Assembly: GCA_038243585.1 (NCBI GenBank)
Contig: JBBSQY010000011.1
Location: 16,154-80,153, forward strand
Reading direction: 5' to 3'
DNA from: Candidatus Sumerlaeales bacterium
GTDB taxonomy: Bacteria > Sumerlaeota > Sumerlaeia > Sumerlaeales > Sumerlaeaceae
Length of the DNA: 64,000 nt
Positions within the stretch are counted from its first letter, which is position 1. Every line of letters begins with the position of its first letter. Of this stretch, positions 9,566 through 19,600 are shown piece by piece. The notes beneath the pieces are model-generated. The model had not been told where the DNA came from. It ran no database searches and saw nothing but the letters and a program-made list of their open reading frames with translations. The translations under genes were made by a program, and so were the position numbers.

Positions 9566-11008
9566 TCAGACTTCGAAATACATCTGGAACTCGTGTGGGT
9601 GAGGACGAAGTTTTAGCGGAGCGACTTCATTTTCCCGTTTGTAGCTTATGTACGAATCAATGAGTTCCTTGCTAAACACGTCACCCTTCAGCAAGAAATC
9701 CTGATCGGCCACAAGGGCGTCAAGAGCTGCTTCTAGGCTTGCCGGCACCTGAGGAACGCTCCGGGCTTCCTCTGGTGGCAGGTCGTAGATATTTTTATCC
9801 AGAGAATTGCCCGGATGGATTTTGTTCTGGATGCCGTCCAGGCCGGCCATAACTATGGCCGAGAATGCGAGGTATGGATTGGCAGACGGATCTGGCGGAC
9901 GAAACTCGACGCGCTTGGCGGCTTCGTTACCGTGGTACATGGGTATGCGGATTGCAGCGGAGCGGTTGCGCATGGAATAGGCAAGGTTTACCGGAGCTTC
10001 ATAGCCAGGAACGAGGCGACGATAGCTGTTAGTGGTGGGGCTGGTGAAGGCAAGCACTGCCGCAGCGTGCTTCAAAACGCCGCCAATGAAGTAAAGGGCA
10101 GTGTCGCTCAGACCAGCGTAACCGGTTCCGGAGAACAAATTTTTGCCGCCGTTCCAAAGCGAGCAGTGAACGTGCATCCCGCTGCCGTTGTCGCCAAACA
10201 TTGGCTTAGGCATAAATGTCGCGGTTTTGCCCCATTGGTTGGCCGTGTTCTTAATCACGTATTTATATTTGATGGCCTGGTCGGCAATCTTTAACAGCGT
10301 GTTGAAACGGATGGCCAGTTCGCACTGACCGCCGGAAGCCACTTCGTGATGGGCAGCTTCAACTGTAATGCCGGTCTTCATTAGATTAAGAGCCATTTCG
10401 CTGCGGAGATCCGTCAGCGTATCTGTCGGGGCAACGGGAATATATCCGCCTTTGAAACCAGGGCGGTTGCCCAGGTTCGGGTTTCCGTCTTCATGGGGGC
10501 GGCCGGTGTTCCAGGCGCCTTCGTCGCTGAGGATTTCGTAGAAGCTGCCCTGAGGCTTGCTCTCAAAACGGATTCCGTCGAACACAAAAAATTCCAGTTC
10601 GGGACCGACGTAAATGGTGTCGGCAATGCCGAGGGATTTTGCGTAATTTTCGCAATTAATCGCGACGCCGCGGGGATCGCGATTATAGCGTTCCTTGGTA
10701 ATAGGGTCAAGAATACTGCATGTGAGTGACATAGTCGGGTGCATGGTGAAGGGGTCAATAAATGCTGTTTCAGGATCAGGCATGAAGAGCATGTCTGACT
10801 CATTGATGGCGCGCCAACCACGAATGGATGATCCATCGAAACCGAGACCGTTTTCGAAAATATCCTCGTCAAGCCGCTGACGGGGAATTGTAAGGTGGTG
10901 CCAAGTGCCGAGCATGTCGATAAATTTAAAATCGACAAATTCTATCTTCTGGGCATCCGCCAGCTTTAAAACGTCTTTGGGAGACTTGGGACCGTCTTCC
11001 TGATTCAT
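9566..11008 (-). CDS. glnA: Glutamine synthetase type I
   Basis: 480 aa with full-length GSI hallmarks: FVDFKFIDMLGTWHH, the ATP-binding region KPMFGDNGSGMHVHCSLW, and the adenylylation-region NLYDLPPEE-like motif (NIYDLPPEE). Confidence 0.9.
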   Translation of the reverse strand: MNQEDGPKSPKDVLKLADAQKIEFVDFKFIDMLGTWHHLTIPRQRLDEDIFENGLGFDGSSIRGWRAINESDMLFMPDPETAFIDPFTMHPTMSLTCSILDPITKERYNRDPRGVAINCENYAKSLGIADTIYVGPELEFFVFDGIRFESKPQGSFYEILSDEGAWNTGRPHEDGNPNLGNRPGFKGGYIPVAPTDTLTDLRSEMALNLMKTGITVEAAHHEVASGGQCELAIRFNTLLKIADQAIKYKYVIKNTANQWGKTATFMPKPMFGDNGSGMHVHCSLWNGGKNLFSGTGYAGLSDTALYFIGGVLKHAAAVLAFTSPTTNSYRRLVPGYEAPVNLAYSMRNRSAAIRIPMYHGNEAAKRVEFRPPDPSANPYLAFSAIVMAGLDGIQNKIHPGNSLDKNIYDLPPEEARSVPQVPASLEAALDALVADQDFLLKGDVFSKELIDSYISYKRENEVAPLKLRPHPHEFQMYFEV

Positions 11009-11143
11009 GAAAATTGCTCCTTGCCAGTTATCAGTCGCTTCCGAAGAACTATTTGATTTTGATCAACAGTTGGTTCTGAGCGCGTATGATTAGTGAAAAC
11101 ATACCCCTTAAAGAATTTATTTCTCAAAACCAATAGAAATATT

Positions 11144-11163
11144 TGTGGTTCTTTTTAACCACA
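11144..11163. promoter_or_regulatory. Perfect 7-6-7 palindrome TGTGGTT-N6-AACCACA in the glnA / kinase-like divergent intergenic region
   Basis: Seen directly: tgtggttctttttaaccaca. It lies 136 bp upstream of glnA (minus strand) and 47 bp upstream of the 11210 ORF. Confidence 0.3.
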
Positions 11164-11209
11164 TTGAATCTATCAACTAGTACAAGTAGTGGTGCGCTGA
11201 ATGAAATGA

Positions 11210-11992
11210 ATGGAGCCGAATGTTGTTACGCCGTTTATGCCCACCATACCTAACTGTATTCTTGTGCCGGGACGCGACAACCTTGATCAGTTTGAGAAAA
11301 CTTATCTGAAGAAGTCGACGTCGTGGGTTGGTCCTGACGTGGTGTTGTTGACGGCGCCTGATGGAGTGAAATTCGTCATGAAGGACTGGGGGGCTCGTTC
11401 TCTCCTGTTTCGGGGCACATGGTGCCGTGTGGCCGCGTCTCGCGAAATAAAGGTTTACCAAAAACTGCGCGGAATGAAGGGTGTGCCGCAGCTGATCTCC
11501 ACGTTGGGCAGCCATGGCTTCGTTATGGAGTGGCTGGACGCACGGACGTTGCCGGTTACCAAACTGCGGGATTTACTGGGTCTGGAGTTTTTTCAAGACC
11601 TGACGGAAACCGTTGCTGAAATGCACAGCCGCGGGGTGGCTCATGGGGATTTGCGCCGGCGCAATATATTGCGAGGGCTGGACGGAACGCCAAAACTTAT
11701 CGACTTCGAAACCGCCGTACATGCGGAAAAAAGCCCTGGAGGCGGATGGCTTTTTCGGGCCGTTTCAACCATTGATAATATTACGATTCTTAAAATTCGG
11801 GCGCGTTATTTCCCCGACAGCGTAACTTCGGAGGAGCGTCAGCTTCTGGACGAGGTGCCCTGGCATCTGGCCGCTGGTCGATTTTTAAGAAAGAAAATTT
11901 ACGCGCCGTTGACAAAAAAAGGCTACAGAAAGCGCGTAAGACAACGGCGAAACCGACAAAAAAGCAAGAGCACCAACGACACGCAGAATTAA
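11210..11992 (+). CDS. Lipopolysaccharide kinase (Kdo/WaaP)/RIO-like protein kinase family protein with a basic C-terminal tail
   Basis: Catalytic-loop-like HGDLRRRNIL and a DFE motif (KLIDFETAV) as in Kdo kinase and eukaryotic-like kinases. The C-terminus is KKGYRKRVRQRRNRQKSK. Confidence 0.5.
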   Translation: MEPNVVTPFMPTIPNCILVPGRDNLDQFEKTYLKKSTSWVGPDVVLLTAPDGVKFVMKDWGARSLLFRGTWCRVAASREIKVYQKLRGMKGVPQLISTLGSHGFVMEWLDARTLPVTKLRDLLGLEFFQDLTETVAEMHSRGVAHGDLRRRNILRGLDGTPKLIDFETAVHAEKSPGGGWLFRAVSTIDNITILKIRARYFPDSVTSEERQLLDEVPWHLAAGRFLRKKIYAPLTKKGYRKRVRQRRNRQKSKSTNDTQN

Positions 11993-12148
11993 GGCAGCCG
12001 GGACTAAATTGTCCAGCCTTCTCCCGTTGCGGTAGCTTGTCGTGTCAGGGCCCTGCCCGCGTTTATTAAGAAACTAGCCTTAGCCTATTACGGCACGGAG
12101 TTGGCGTAGCCATGCATATCCATATAATAGGAAAAGAGAATACCACCG

Positions 12149-13111
12149 ATGGCATCAGCCAACAAACCGATTGCCGTATATGGCGCTATTGCGGCGAATG
12201 CTCTTATAGCTGTCATCAAATTCACAGCTGCGTTTTTTACCGGAAGCTCCGCCATGGTGTCGGAAGGAATCCATTCTGTGGTAGACACTGGCAACCAGTT
12301 GCTTTTGCTGCTGGGGATTCGTAAAAGCAAGAAGCCGGCGGATGAGTCGCACCCCTTTGGCCATGGCAAGGATTTGTATTTCTGGGGCTTGGTGGTTGCG
12401 ATGCTGCTGTTTAGCATCGGCGGCGGCATGTCGATTTATGAAGGCATATCTCATTTGCGCCATCCAAAGGAGCTGTCGGATCCAACCTGGAACTATGTGG
12501 TCCTTGCACTGGCGTTTCTCATTGAAGGCATCGTCTTTATAATCGCTATACGGGAACTTCAGCGCAGAAAACAAAAGGGTATGAATTTGTGGCAGGCCAT
12601 GAAGGCGAGCAAGGATCCGGCGATCTATGTTGTGGTGGCCGAGGACGCGGCGGCGCTGGCCGGCGTTACGGTGGCCGCTGTTGGAATCTTTTTAAGCCAT
12701 TGGCTGAACGACCCGGTCTGGGATGGCGTTGCGTCGATCGTAATTGGCGGAATCCTGGCTCTCGTGGCGGTGTTTCTTGCCTATGAAAGTAAGGCTTTGC
12801 TGCTGGGAGAGAGCGCCGATCAGACGATTGTCCAAGGTGTAAGAGAACTAGCAGAGCAAGATGCAACGGTCCATGCGGTCAAGTCGCCATTGACGATGCA
12901 CTTTGGCCCTGATGACGTTTTGCTGGCCATGTCGATAGAGTTTAAGTCTCACCTGTCGGGAGTTGAATTGGCAGGCGTAATTGATAATCTCCAGAGCCAG
13001 ATTCAGAAAAAATTTCCGTCGGTGAAAAAGATCTTTATTGAAGCGGATTCGATTACGGAAAGCGTGAAGGAACGGGGCGACGGGGATAGTAGCGCGGTGG
13101 ACGCAATATAG
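12149..13111 (+). CDS. Cation diffusion facilitator (CDF) family divalent metal efflux transporter
   Basis: Six-TM N-terminal domain with the CDF signature SEGIHSVVDTGN and HPFGHGK, plus a C-terminal cytoplasmic domain. Confidence 0.8.
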   Translation: MASANKPIAVYGAIAANALIAVIKFTAAFFTGSSAMVSEGIHSVVDTGNQLLLLLGIRKSKKPADESHPFGHGKDLYFWGLVVAMLLFSIGGGMSIYEGISHLRHPKELSDPTWNYVVLALAFLIEGIVFIIAIRELQRRKQKGMNLWQAMKASKDPAIYVVVAEDAAALAGVTVAAVGIFLSHWLNDPVWDGVASIVIGGILALVAVFLAYESKALLLGESADQTIVQGVRELAEQDATVHAVKSPLTMHFGPDDVLLAMSIEFKSHLSGVELAGVIDNLQSQIQKKFPSVKKIFIEADSITESVKERGDGDSSAVDAI

Positions 13112-13192
13112 CAATTAAGATACTTTCAGTTTTCCCACATCGCTCTACTGCCGCTGAACAGGCGGATGAGTCCAGCGGTATGATTTGCCATA

Positions 13193-14359
13193 ATGACTGA
13201 TACACTCCAGACGCCAACGCGGGCAGATAATGGTTTTGGCCGCGCGTCTACTATTGTGGTGAAGCTCGGGTCTGCCGTGTTAACCCAGGCAGGCAGCGCC
13301 GCGCTGGACATGGATGCGCTGGAAGAAATTTGCAGTCAGGTTGCCGCTATGGTCAAGGGCGGGCGACAGATTATTATTGTGACCAGCGGGGCCGTGGCGG
13401 CAGGGCGCGGGGTTTTGAACGTATGGGATCCGAAGCCGACCATTGCAGTGAAGCAGGCGCTGGCGGCGGTAGGGCAGTCGCGACTGATGCAGATATATGC
13501 CGACATTTTTGCGCGGCATGACGTAGTGGTTGGGCAGATGCTTTTAAGCCTGAGCGATATGGAAAACCGGAAGCGTTACGTGAACGCCCGATACACGCTG
13601 GAAGAGCTGATGCGGCGGGGTTGCGTTCCCATTATTAATGAAAACGACACCGTGACGGTGGATGAGCTGAAGTTTGGCGACAACGACGGGCTGGCTGCCA
13701 TTGTCGCGGTGAAAATGCAGGCGGACGCCTTGCTGCTTCTTTCGGACGTGGATGGTTTGTATGATTCTAATCCCAAATCGAACCCAAACGCGCGCCTGAT
13801 TCCGGTGGTTGATCGGATCTCGGCGGATGTGATGCGTACGGTGACAGGCGCCGCCGGTGGCGGTGGCCTTATCCAGATGGGCACGGGCGGCATGGAAACA
13901 AAATTGCAGGCGGCCCGGCTGGCGACGGCGGCGGGGGTGGGAACGGTCATCGCGCAGGGAAAGCAAGCAGGGATCATTACCGAGGCGCTTTCGGGCAAAG
14001 ATGTCGGCACATGGTTTCCTCCAGCGGACTGTCACCGAAGCCGCAGGGAAAAGTGGATATTGTCCGGGAAAATCCACGGGCGGCGGGTGGTGGTGGATTC
14101 GGGCGCGTGCGACGCTTTGTGCCTGAAAAACAAGTCTTTGCTGGCGGCAGGATTGCGGGCGGTGGAGGGCGCGTTTCAGGCCATGGACCTGGTGGAGATC
14201 GCAGATCAGGATGGCCGGGTGCTTGGCCGCGGCGTGGTGAATTATAATTCTGAACAGCTCCGCCGGATCATGGGTCGGAAGTCTGCCGAGATTGAAAAAA
14301 TCCTCGGGGCAAAGACTTATGATGAAGTGATTCACCGGGATAACCTGGTGATGTTTTAA
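13193..14359 (+). CDS. proB: Glutamate 5-kinase with C-terminal PUA domain
   Basis: VVKLGSAVLT...IIVTSGAVAAGRG and NENDTV...FGDNDGLAA amino-acid-kinase motifs, plus a C-terminal PUA domain (RRVVVDSGA...GRGVVNYNS). Confidence 0.85.
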   Translation: MTDTLQTPTRADNGFGRASTIVVKLGSAVLTQAGSAALDMDALEEICSQVAAMVKGGRQIIIVTSGAVAAGRGVLNVWDPKPTIAVKQALAAVGQSRLMQIYADIFARHDVVVGQMLLSLSDMENRKRYVNARYTLEELMRRGCVPIINENDTVTVDELKFGDNDGLAAIVAVKMQADALLLLSDVDGLYDSNPKSNPNARLIPVVDRISADVMRTVTGAAGGGGLIQMGTGGMETKLQAARLATAAGVGTVIAQGKQAGIITEALSGKDVGTWFPPADCHRSRREKWILSGKIHGRRVVVDSGACDALCLKNKSLLAAGLRAVEGAFQAMDLVEIADQDGRVLGRGVVNYNSEQLRRIMGRKSAEIEKILGAKTYDEVIHRDNLVMF

Positions 14360-14486
14360 TAGCAGGTCTGAATCGGGTTTATGTTCTCACGCCTGTAGGA
14401 CCAGCTTGCCGGAAGGAAACTTTCTACATTATCCTATTTCATTTTTTGTGACCTATTAGCTTGAGCAGTGAGGTTGTTTTTCTCTT

Positions 14487-15263
14487 ATGGATTCTTTAAG
14501 TTTCACTTATCTACCCGGGCAGTGGGGGCTGCTTTTGTTTGCGGCTTTTTTTGTAGGTTTGTCGAAGACGGGGATTCCGGGGGTGGGGATTTTCGCGGTG
14601 GGATTGTTTGCGACTGTCATTCCCGCGCGGGCCTCGGCCGGGGTTATCCTTCCTTTGCTGATTGTCGCTGATATGGTGGCGGTAGTTAGTTACTGGAAGG
14701 ACGCGCGTTGGGCGCAGCTGATTCGGCTTTTTCCCTGGGCGATTATCGGGATCGTGGTCGGCTGGCTGGCGATGGATCATATTGACGACAGGCAGACGGC
14801 CCGCCTTATCGGATTAATCCTGGTGGTGATGGTGGCGCTGCAGGTGGGCCGTGGATGGCGGCGGCGGAAAGGCGCTTTGCAAGCAGAACCGCAGGCCGAG
14901 ACGCCGCATGGCCATACCTATACTGCCGCCATGGGCGGGCTGGCAGGGTTTACAACAATGGTCGCAAACGCCGCCGGGCCGATTATGAACCTCTATTTAG
15001 TGGCGATGCGGATGCCGAAGATGGCGTTTATGGGGACGGCAGCCTGGTACTTCTTTCTTCTTAATTCTTTTAAGGTCCCCTTCAGCATAAATCTTGGGCT
15101 GATTACGGTGCCCAGTTTTGTCCTGAACTTAAAGCTGATACCAGCCGTTCTGGCGGGGGCCATCCTGGGCCGGCTGCTGTTGCCTTACATTAATCAGAAA
15201 GTGTTTGAGTTCATAGCGCTGGGGTTTGCTTTTGTGGCAGGGTTGCGCTTGCTGTTTATTTAA
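14487..15263 (+). CDS. TauE/SafE (DUF81) family anion exporter
   Basis: Eight predicted TM segments and the N-terminal GLSKTGIPGVG motif typical of TauE/SafE. Confidence 0.7.
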   Translation: MDSLSFTYLPGQWGLLLFAAFFVGLSKTGIPGVGIFAVGLFATVIPARASAGVILPLLIVADMVAVVSYWKDARWAQLIRLFPWAIIGIVVGWLAMDHIDDRQTARLIGLILVVMVALQVGRGWRRRKGALQAEPQAETPHGHTYTAAMGGLAGFTTMVANAAGPIMNLYLVAMRMPKMAFMGTAAWYFFLLNSFKVPFSINLGLITVPSFVLNLKLIPAVLAGAILGRLLLPYINQKVFEFIALGFAFVAGLRLLFI

Positions 15264-15326
15264 ATACCCGCGCTAGCGGTTTGGTCCAATAAACCCCTCC
15301 CCCTTGCGGTAAGCCAGCCCGACCAA

Positions 15327-16406
15327 ATGGCCAATTCAGACGACATACTTCATCGATTTCATGATGTGGAGCAGCGGTTTCAATCCATTGAAGCGCAGCT
15401 TTCTGCGCCAGATCTCGCAAACCGGCCAGACGAATTACGGAAGCTTTCTAAAGCGCATTCTGACATGGCGGATGTGGTGGCGAAGATTGGCGAATTTAAG
15501 GGCGTCGATTCGCGGCTGACTGACGCCAGGGCGCTGGCTGGGGACGCTGATCCGGAGATGGCGGAGATGGCCCGGATGGAAATCCCGGAGCTTGAGGAAA
15601 TGAGCGAAGGGCTGCTGGCGGAAATACAGGTGCTTTTGCTACCAAAGGATCCGCTGGATGATAAGAATATCATCGTTGAAATTCGCGCTGGCACCGGCGG
15701 CGATGAGGCGGCATTATTTGCCTATGACCTCTTCCGGATGTATAACAAATATTTTGAGGACAAAGGCTGGCGGACGGAGCTCCTGAGCACCAACGAGACC
15801 GGTCTTAACGGTTTCAAGGAAGTCATATTTTCCGTTACGGGCGACAGCGTGTACAGCCGGATGAAGTTTGAAGCGGGTACGCACCGGGTGCAGCGGGTGC
15901 CGACGACGGAGACGCAGGGGCGCATTCATACATCGGCGGCGACGGTGGCCATTTTGCCGGAGGCTGAAGAGGTGGATATCAACATCCGCGGCGAGGACCT
16001 TCGTGTGGATGTGTTTCGCAGCGGCGGTCCTGGGGGGCAGAGCGTGAATACGACGGATTCTGCGGTGCGACTTACGCATATTCCTACAGGACTAGTGGTG
16101 CAGTGTCAGGACGAGAAGAGCCAGCTTAAGAACAAGAACAAGGCCATGAAGGTGTTGCGGAGCAGGCTGCTGGATAGGGAAATGAGCAAACAGGCGGAGG
16201 CGCAGGCAGCATCACGCAAAGGCATGGTGGGCTCTGGCGATCGAAGCGGGCGGGTTCGTACGTATAATTTCCCACAAAACCGGCTGACGGATCACAGGAT
16301 CGGGTTGACGCTGTATTGCCTGGACCGGGTGATTGAGGGCGACCTTGACCAGGTTATTAATCCGCTGATCATGCAGGAGCAGACTGACCGACTTCGCGGG
16401 GAGTAA
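15327..16406 (+). CDS. prfA: Peptide chain release factor 1
   Basis: GGQ motif (SGGPGGQSVNTTDSAVRLTHIPTG). The RF1-type recognition region RVQRVPTTETQGRIHTSAATV has a P-T-T tripeptide in the PxT position, rather than the SPF of RF2. Confidence 0.85.
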   Translation: MANSDDILHRFHDVEQRFQSIEAQLSAPDLANRPDELRKLSKAHSDMADVVAKIGEFKGVDSRLTDARALAGDADPEMAEMARMEIPELEEMSEGLLAEIQVLLLPKDPLDDKNIIVEIRAGTGGDEAALFAYDLFRMYNKYFEDKGWRTELLSTNETGLNGFKEVIFSVTGDSVYSRMKFEAGTHRVQRVPTTETQGRIHTSAATVAILPEAEEVDINIRGEDLRVDVFRSGGPGGQSVNTTDSAVRLTHIPTGLVVQCQDEKSQLKNKNKAMKVLRSRLLDREMSKQAEAQAASRKGMVGSGDRSGRVRTYNFPQNRLTDHRIGLTLYCLDRVIEGDLDQVINPLIMQEQTDRLRGE

Positions 16407-16629
16407 GTCGGTGTCGTGATTGAGCTTAAACTTGGTTTCTTATTCCACGTTTTGCTCAGCAACAATCGCAGCGCTGGCTGACAGGGCGCATGTATTTTGA
16501 CTTAAGGGTTTGCGTTCGGGTGGGTTGCCTGTTTCCATGGGATTTTGAACAACATGATGACATGACTGTTACGGATAGAAGCTAACCCGCTCATGTTATT
16601 AGTCCCGTTGTTTTACCAGGTTAGTCAAA

Positions 16630-19600
16630 TTGCATATGCTGGAAAACCTTAGCTCACGACATAGTAGGCTGTTGGGTGTATTGCTGGCGGTTCTCGCGGT
16701 AGGTCTTCTTCTGACCTTTAGCGATTCTGTTAGTGGCTACGATGCGCCCAAAGCTTTGACCAGAATCACTGGGACTCATGCCCGTACGCCGGGCGTCATA
16801 CCTTCAACTTACAATGGACGAAGCTCACGCAAGTCTGATGCCAAAGACAGCGGCACGTCTGGTGCGGCCACGCTGTCAGGCCCTGACTACAGCACATCCA
16901 TAACGCTACATGGAAGAACCCTGGATGAGCAGGATAAGCCTCTTAGTGGTGTAAAGGTGTCTGTTCGGCGATCGGGATATTCTGAAACTGTTAAAACACA
17001 GGATTCGGGCAAGGATGGCAGCTTCTCTTTAGATGGTCTTCCTGCGGATACTTATGATATTCTGGCAACTCATGAGAAGTTTGTCTCCCTGATCAGGCCC
17101 AGTTACACTTTTAAGCCGGTGGAAACGATGGTCCATATGGACTTTCATTTGCCGCTGGGAGCAAATATAAACGGTCTGGTTGTCAACGAAGAGGGTCAGC
17201 CGCTGGAAAATGTGCGTGTAGCGGCTCGCAGAAAACAAGCGACAGAAAGCAAAAAGAACGGCGCCGTTCTTTTGGATGACAGCACTTATCATACGCAGAT
17301 AACTGACAAGCCAGGCACCTTTACGCTGTCGGGCATTTCTCTCGGCGATAATGTGTTTGAGTTTTTTGTTCCGGGTTACGCGATGGAGCGTATGGCGCTG
17401 GATATCTCTCCAGAGAAAGCCGCGGAGCAGATGAAGGTGACGCTGAAGCGAACCGGGATTATCGCGGGAATGGTTCTGGATGAAAACAACCAACCTGTTT
17501 CTACGGCAACGGTTTCGTTGACCCGTTATAAGCCATTGCAGAGTGAAGCCCAGAATATTGATAAGGGTAAGCTGACCGCCGTGACAAACGCGAAGGGTGA
17601 GTTCAAGTTCGAGAAGCTCTACAATGAGGGCTACTACGACCTGCTCGTGGAAGAGGCGCAGTATGCGCCGGGTATATACCCGCTGGTTCCGGCCAATTCG
17701 GATCGCGTGGTATGTCAGGTAGGGTTAGGGGGCGAAATCTCTGGATTGTCTCAGCTTATTGATAGGCCCACGACTGCCGTTTCTGTGTTAATCAAGGCAA
17801 CGGCTTTAATTAAAGGGACCACATTTACAAAAGAATCAACCAGCGATGGGGCAGGCCGCTTTCGATTCCAGAAGCTACCCTACGGCGCGTATAGTCTGAC
17901 TGTAGACGACGGTAAGTTTTTGAGTGAACCTAAAGACGGAGTCGCCTGTGCGCGGGAAAAACCTACGCAGGATGTCGCGGTAGAGTTGTTTGAAACCGCC
18001 AGGTTGAAGGGGCGGGTGAGCGACAGTGAGAATGACGCGTCCGTTCCGGGAGCAAAGGTCACGCTAAAAGCCACCTATGGATTCGATAAGGCCCGGCAAA
18101 AAACCTTTACGCTGACTGCAGATGCCCACGGGGTTTTTGATTTTGGAAAACTACCATCGGGGATTCATATAGCGCAGGCGGAAGCGCGAGGCTTTCTAAA
18201 AGGACAAACTGTTAAATCCCAGCAGAATTTTGTGCTGACACCGGGCGAGCGCAAGAGCGATCTCATCCTGTATCTGGATCACGGGGGCAGCGTGGAAGGC
18301 TTCGTGCTTGATCCAGCGGGGCGCAGCGTGGCGGATGTAGACATCCAACTGTTCGCGGCAACGCAGTTTGATGGAGCGGTGGATCCGGCCAAATTAAAGG
18401 GACGGACGGACGGCACTGGGTATTTTAAAGTTTGGGGCATCGAGGTGGGCGAACGGGTGCAGCTTTATGCCAGCGCGTCTAAAGCGGGCTATACCAAAAC
18501 CCGGAGCGACATGGTTGAGCTATCTCCCAAGGCCATGAGTCAGGCAGTGCAGATCAGCATTTCTGATGGCGGAGAAGTAACCGGAATTGTGACTGATAAA
18601 AACAAGATGCCTATTCCAGGGGCAGAGGTTCGCATGGACAGCCAGGCTTTCCCGGGAGATCCGTCGCCGTCTCATATTGTTGTCCATTCGCAGCCTAACG
18701 GAACCTATCGGGTGGACAGCGTTCCGCCGGGAGGTGCGACCCTCACGGTGAGCCGGGCGGGCTTCGTGAAGCAGGGGCGCGGGGTCACGGTTCGCGATTC
18801 GCAACACAACGACAATGTTAATTTCGAGCTGGAAAGTGGCACTACGATAGCCGGTGTGGTAGAGGATTTAGATGGTAATCCCATAGCCGGCGCAAAGGTT
18901 AAAGCTACCGGGATTAAGGGGTCGGCCGGTTCCGAAGAGGATACAACGGATAAAAAAGGGAACTTCGAACTGAACAATCTGGGCAAGGGGGACTTTCGTC
19001 TGGACACGACCTTTAATATTACGACGCCAGAGGGAGTCCAAGCGTATAGCTTTACGAATCCAAGCGTGCGCTCAGGTACGGCGCAGGCGTCGATTGAATG
19101 CGATCTTGGAAACACTACCCTTGGAAAAGTGAAGGGCGAAAAAGGTAAGGACGTCGACAACTTCACTGTAACTTTAAATAGCAAAACGGATACAAAAACA
19201 TCGCAGGATTTTGTGTTTAACCTTGCCAGAGGCCTGAAGGATTCGGGCGGCTTTTTTCGCCTGAGCAAACTGCCGAGGGGCATTTACAAAGTCACGGTGA
19301 CTGCGGACGGCTTTGAGCCTTACGTGGAAGACGAAGTTGCCATTGGCCCGCACAAGCGTACCGTACTGTCGGAGATTAGGCTAAATCCTGCAGGGGGTGT
19401 GGTTGGCCGGGTGTATTCGACGACTTCAGACCGTCCTGTTAATAACGCGTCGGTTAAGCTGGAGAGCGTGGATAGCCTGGCGGGCGAAGCACCTACAGTT
19501 GTTTCTGGCAGCACCAATATGCGCGGGGATTTCCGCGTGGCGACTGTACCGCAGGGGATGTATCGGGTAAGCATTGATCACCCAAGCTATATAGGTACAA

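Noticed and set aside
13544-14335. 263 aa minus-strand ORF inside proB
   Set aside because: It lies entirely antisense to a well-supported proB with clear kinase and PUA motifs. Its Arg/Pro/His-rich composition is typical of a GC-rich antisense frame.
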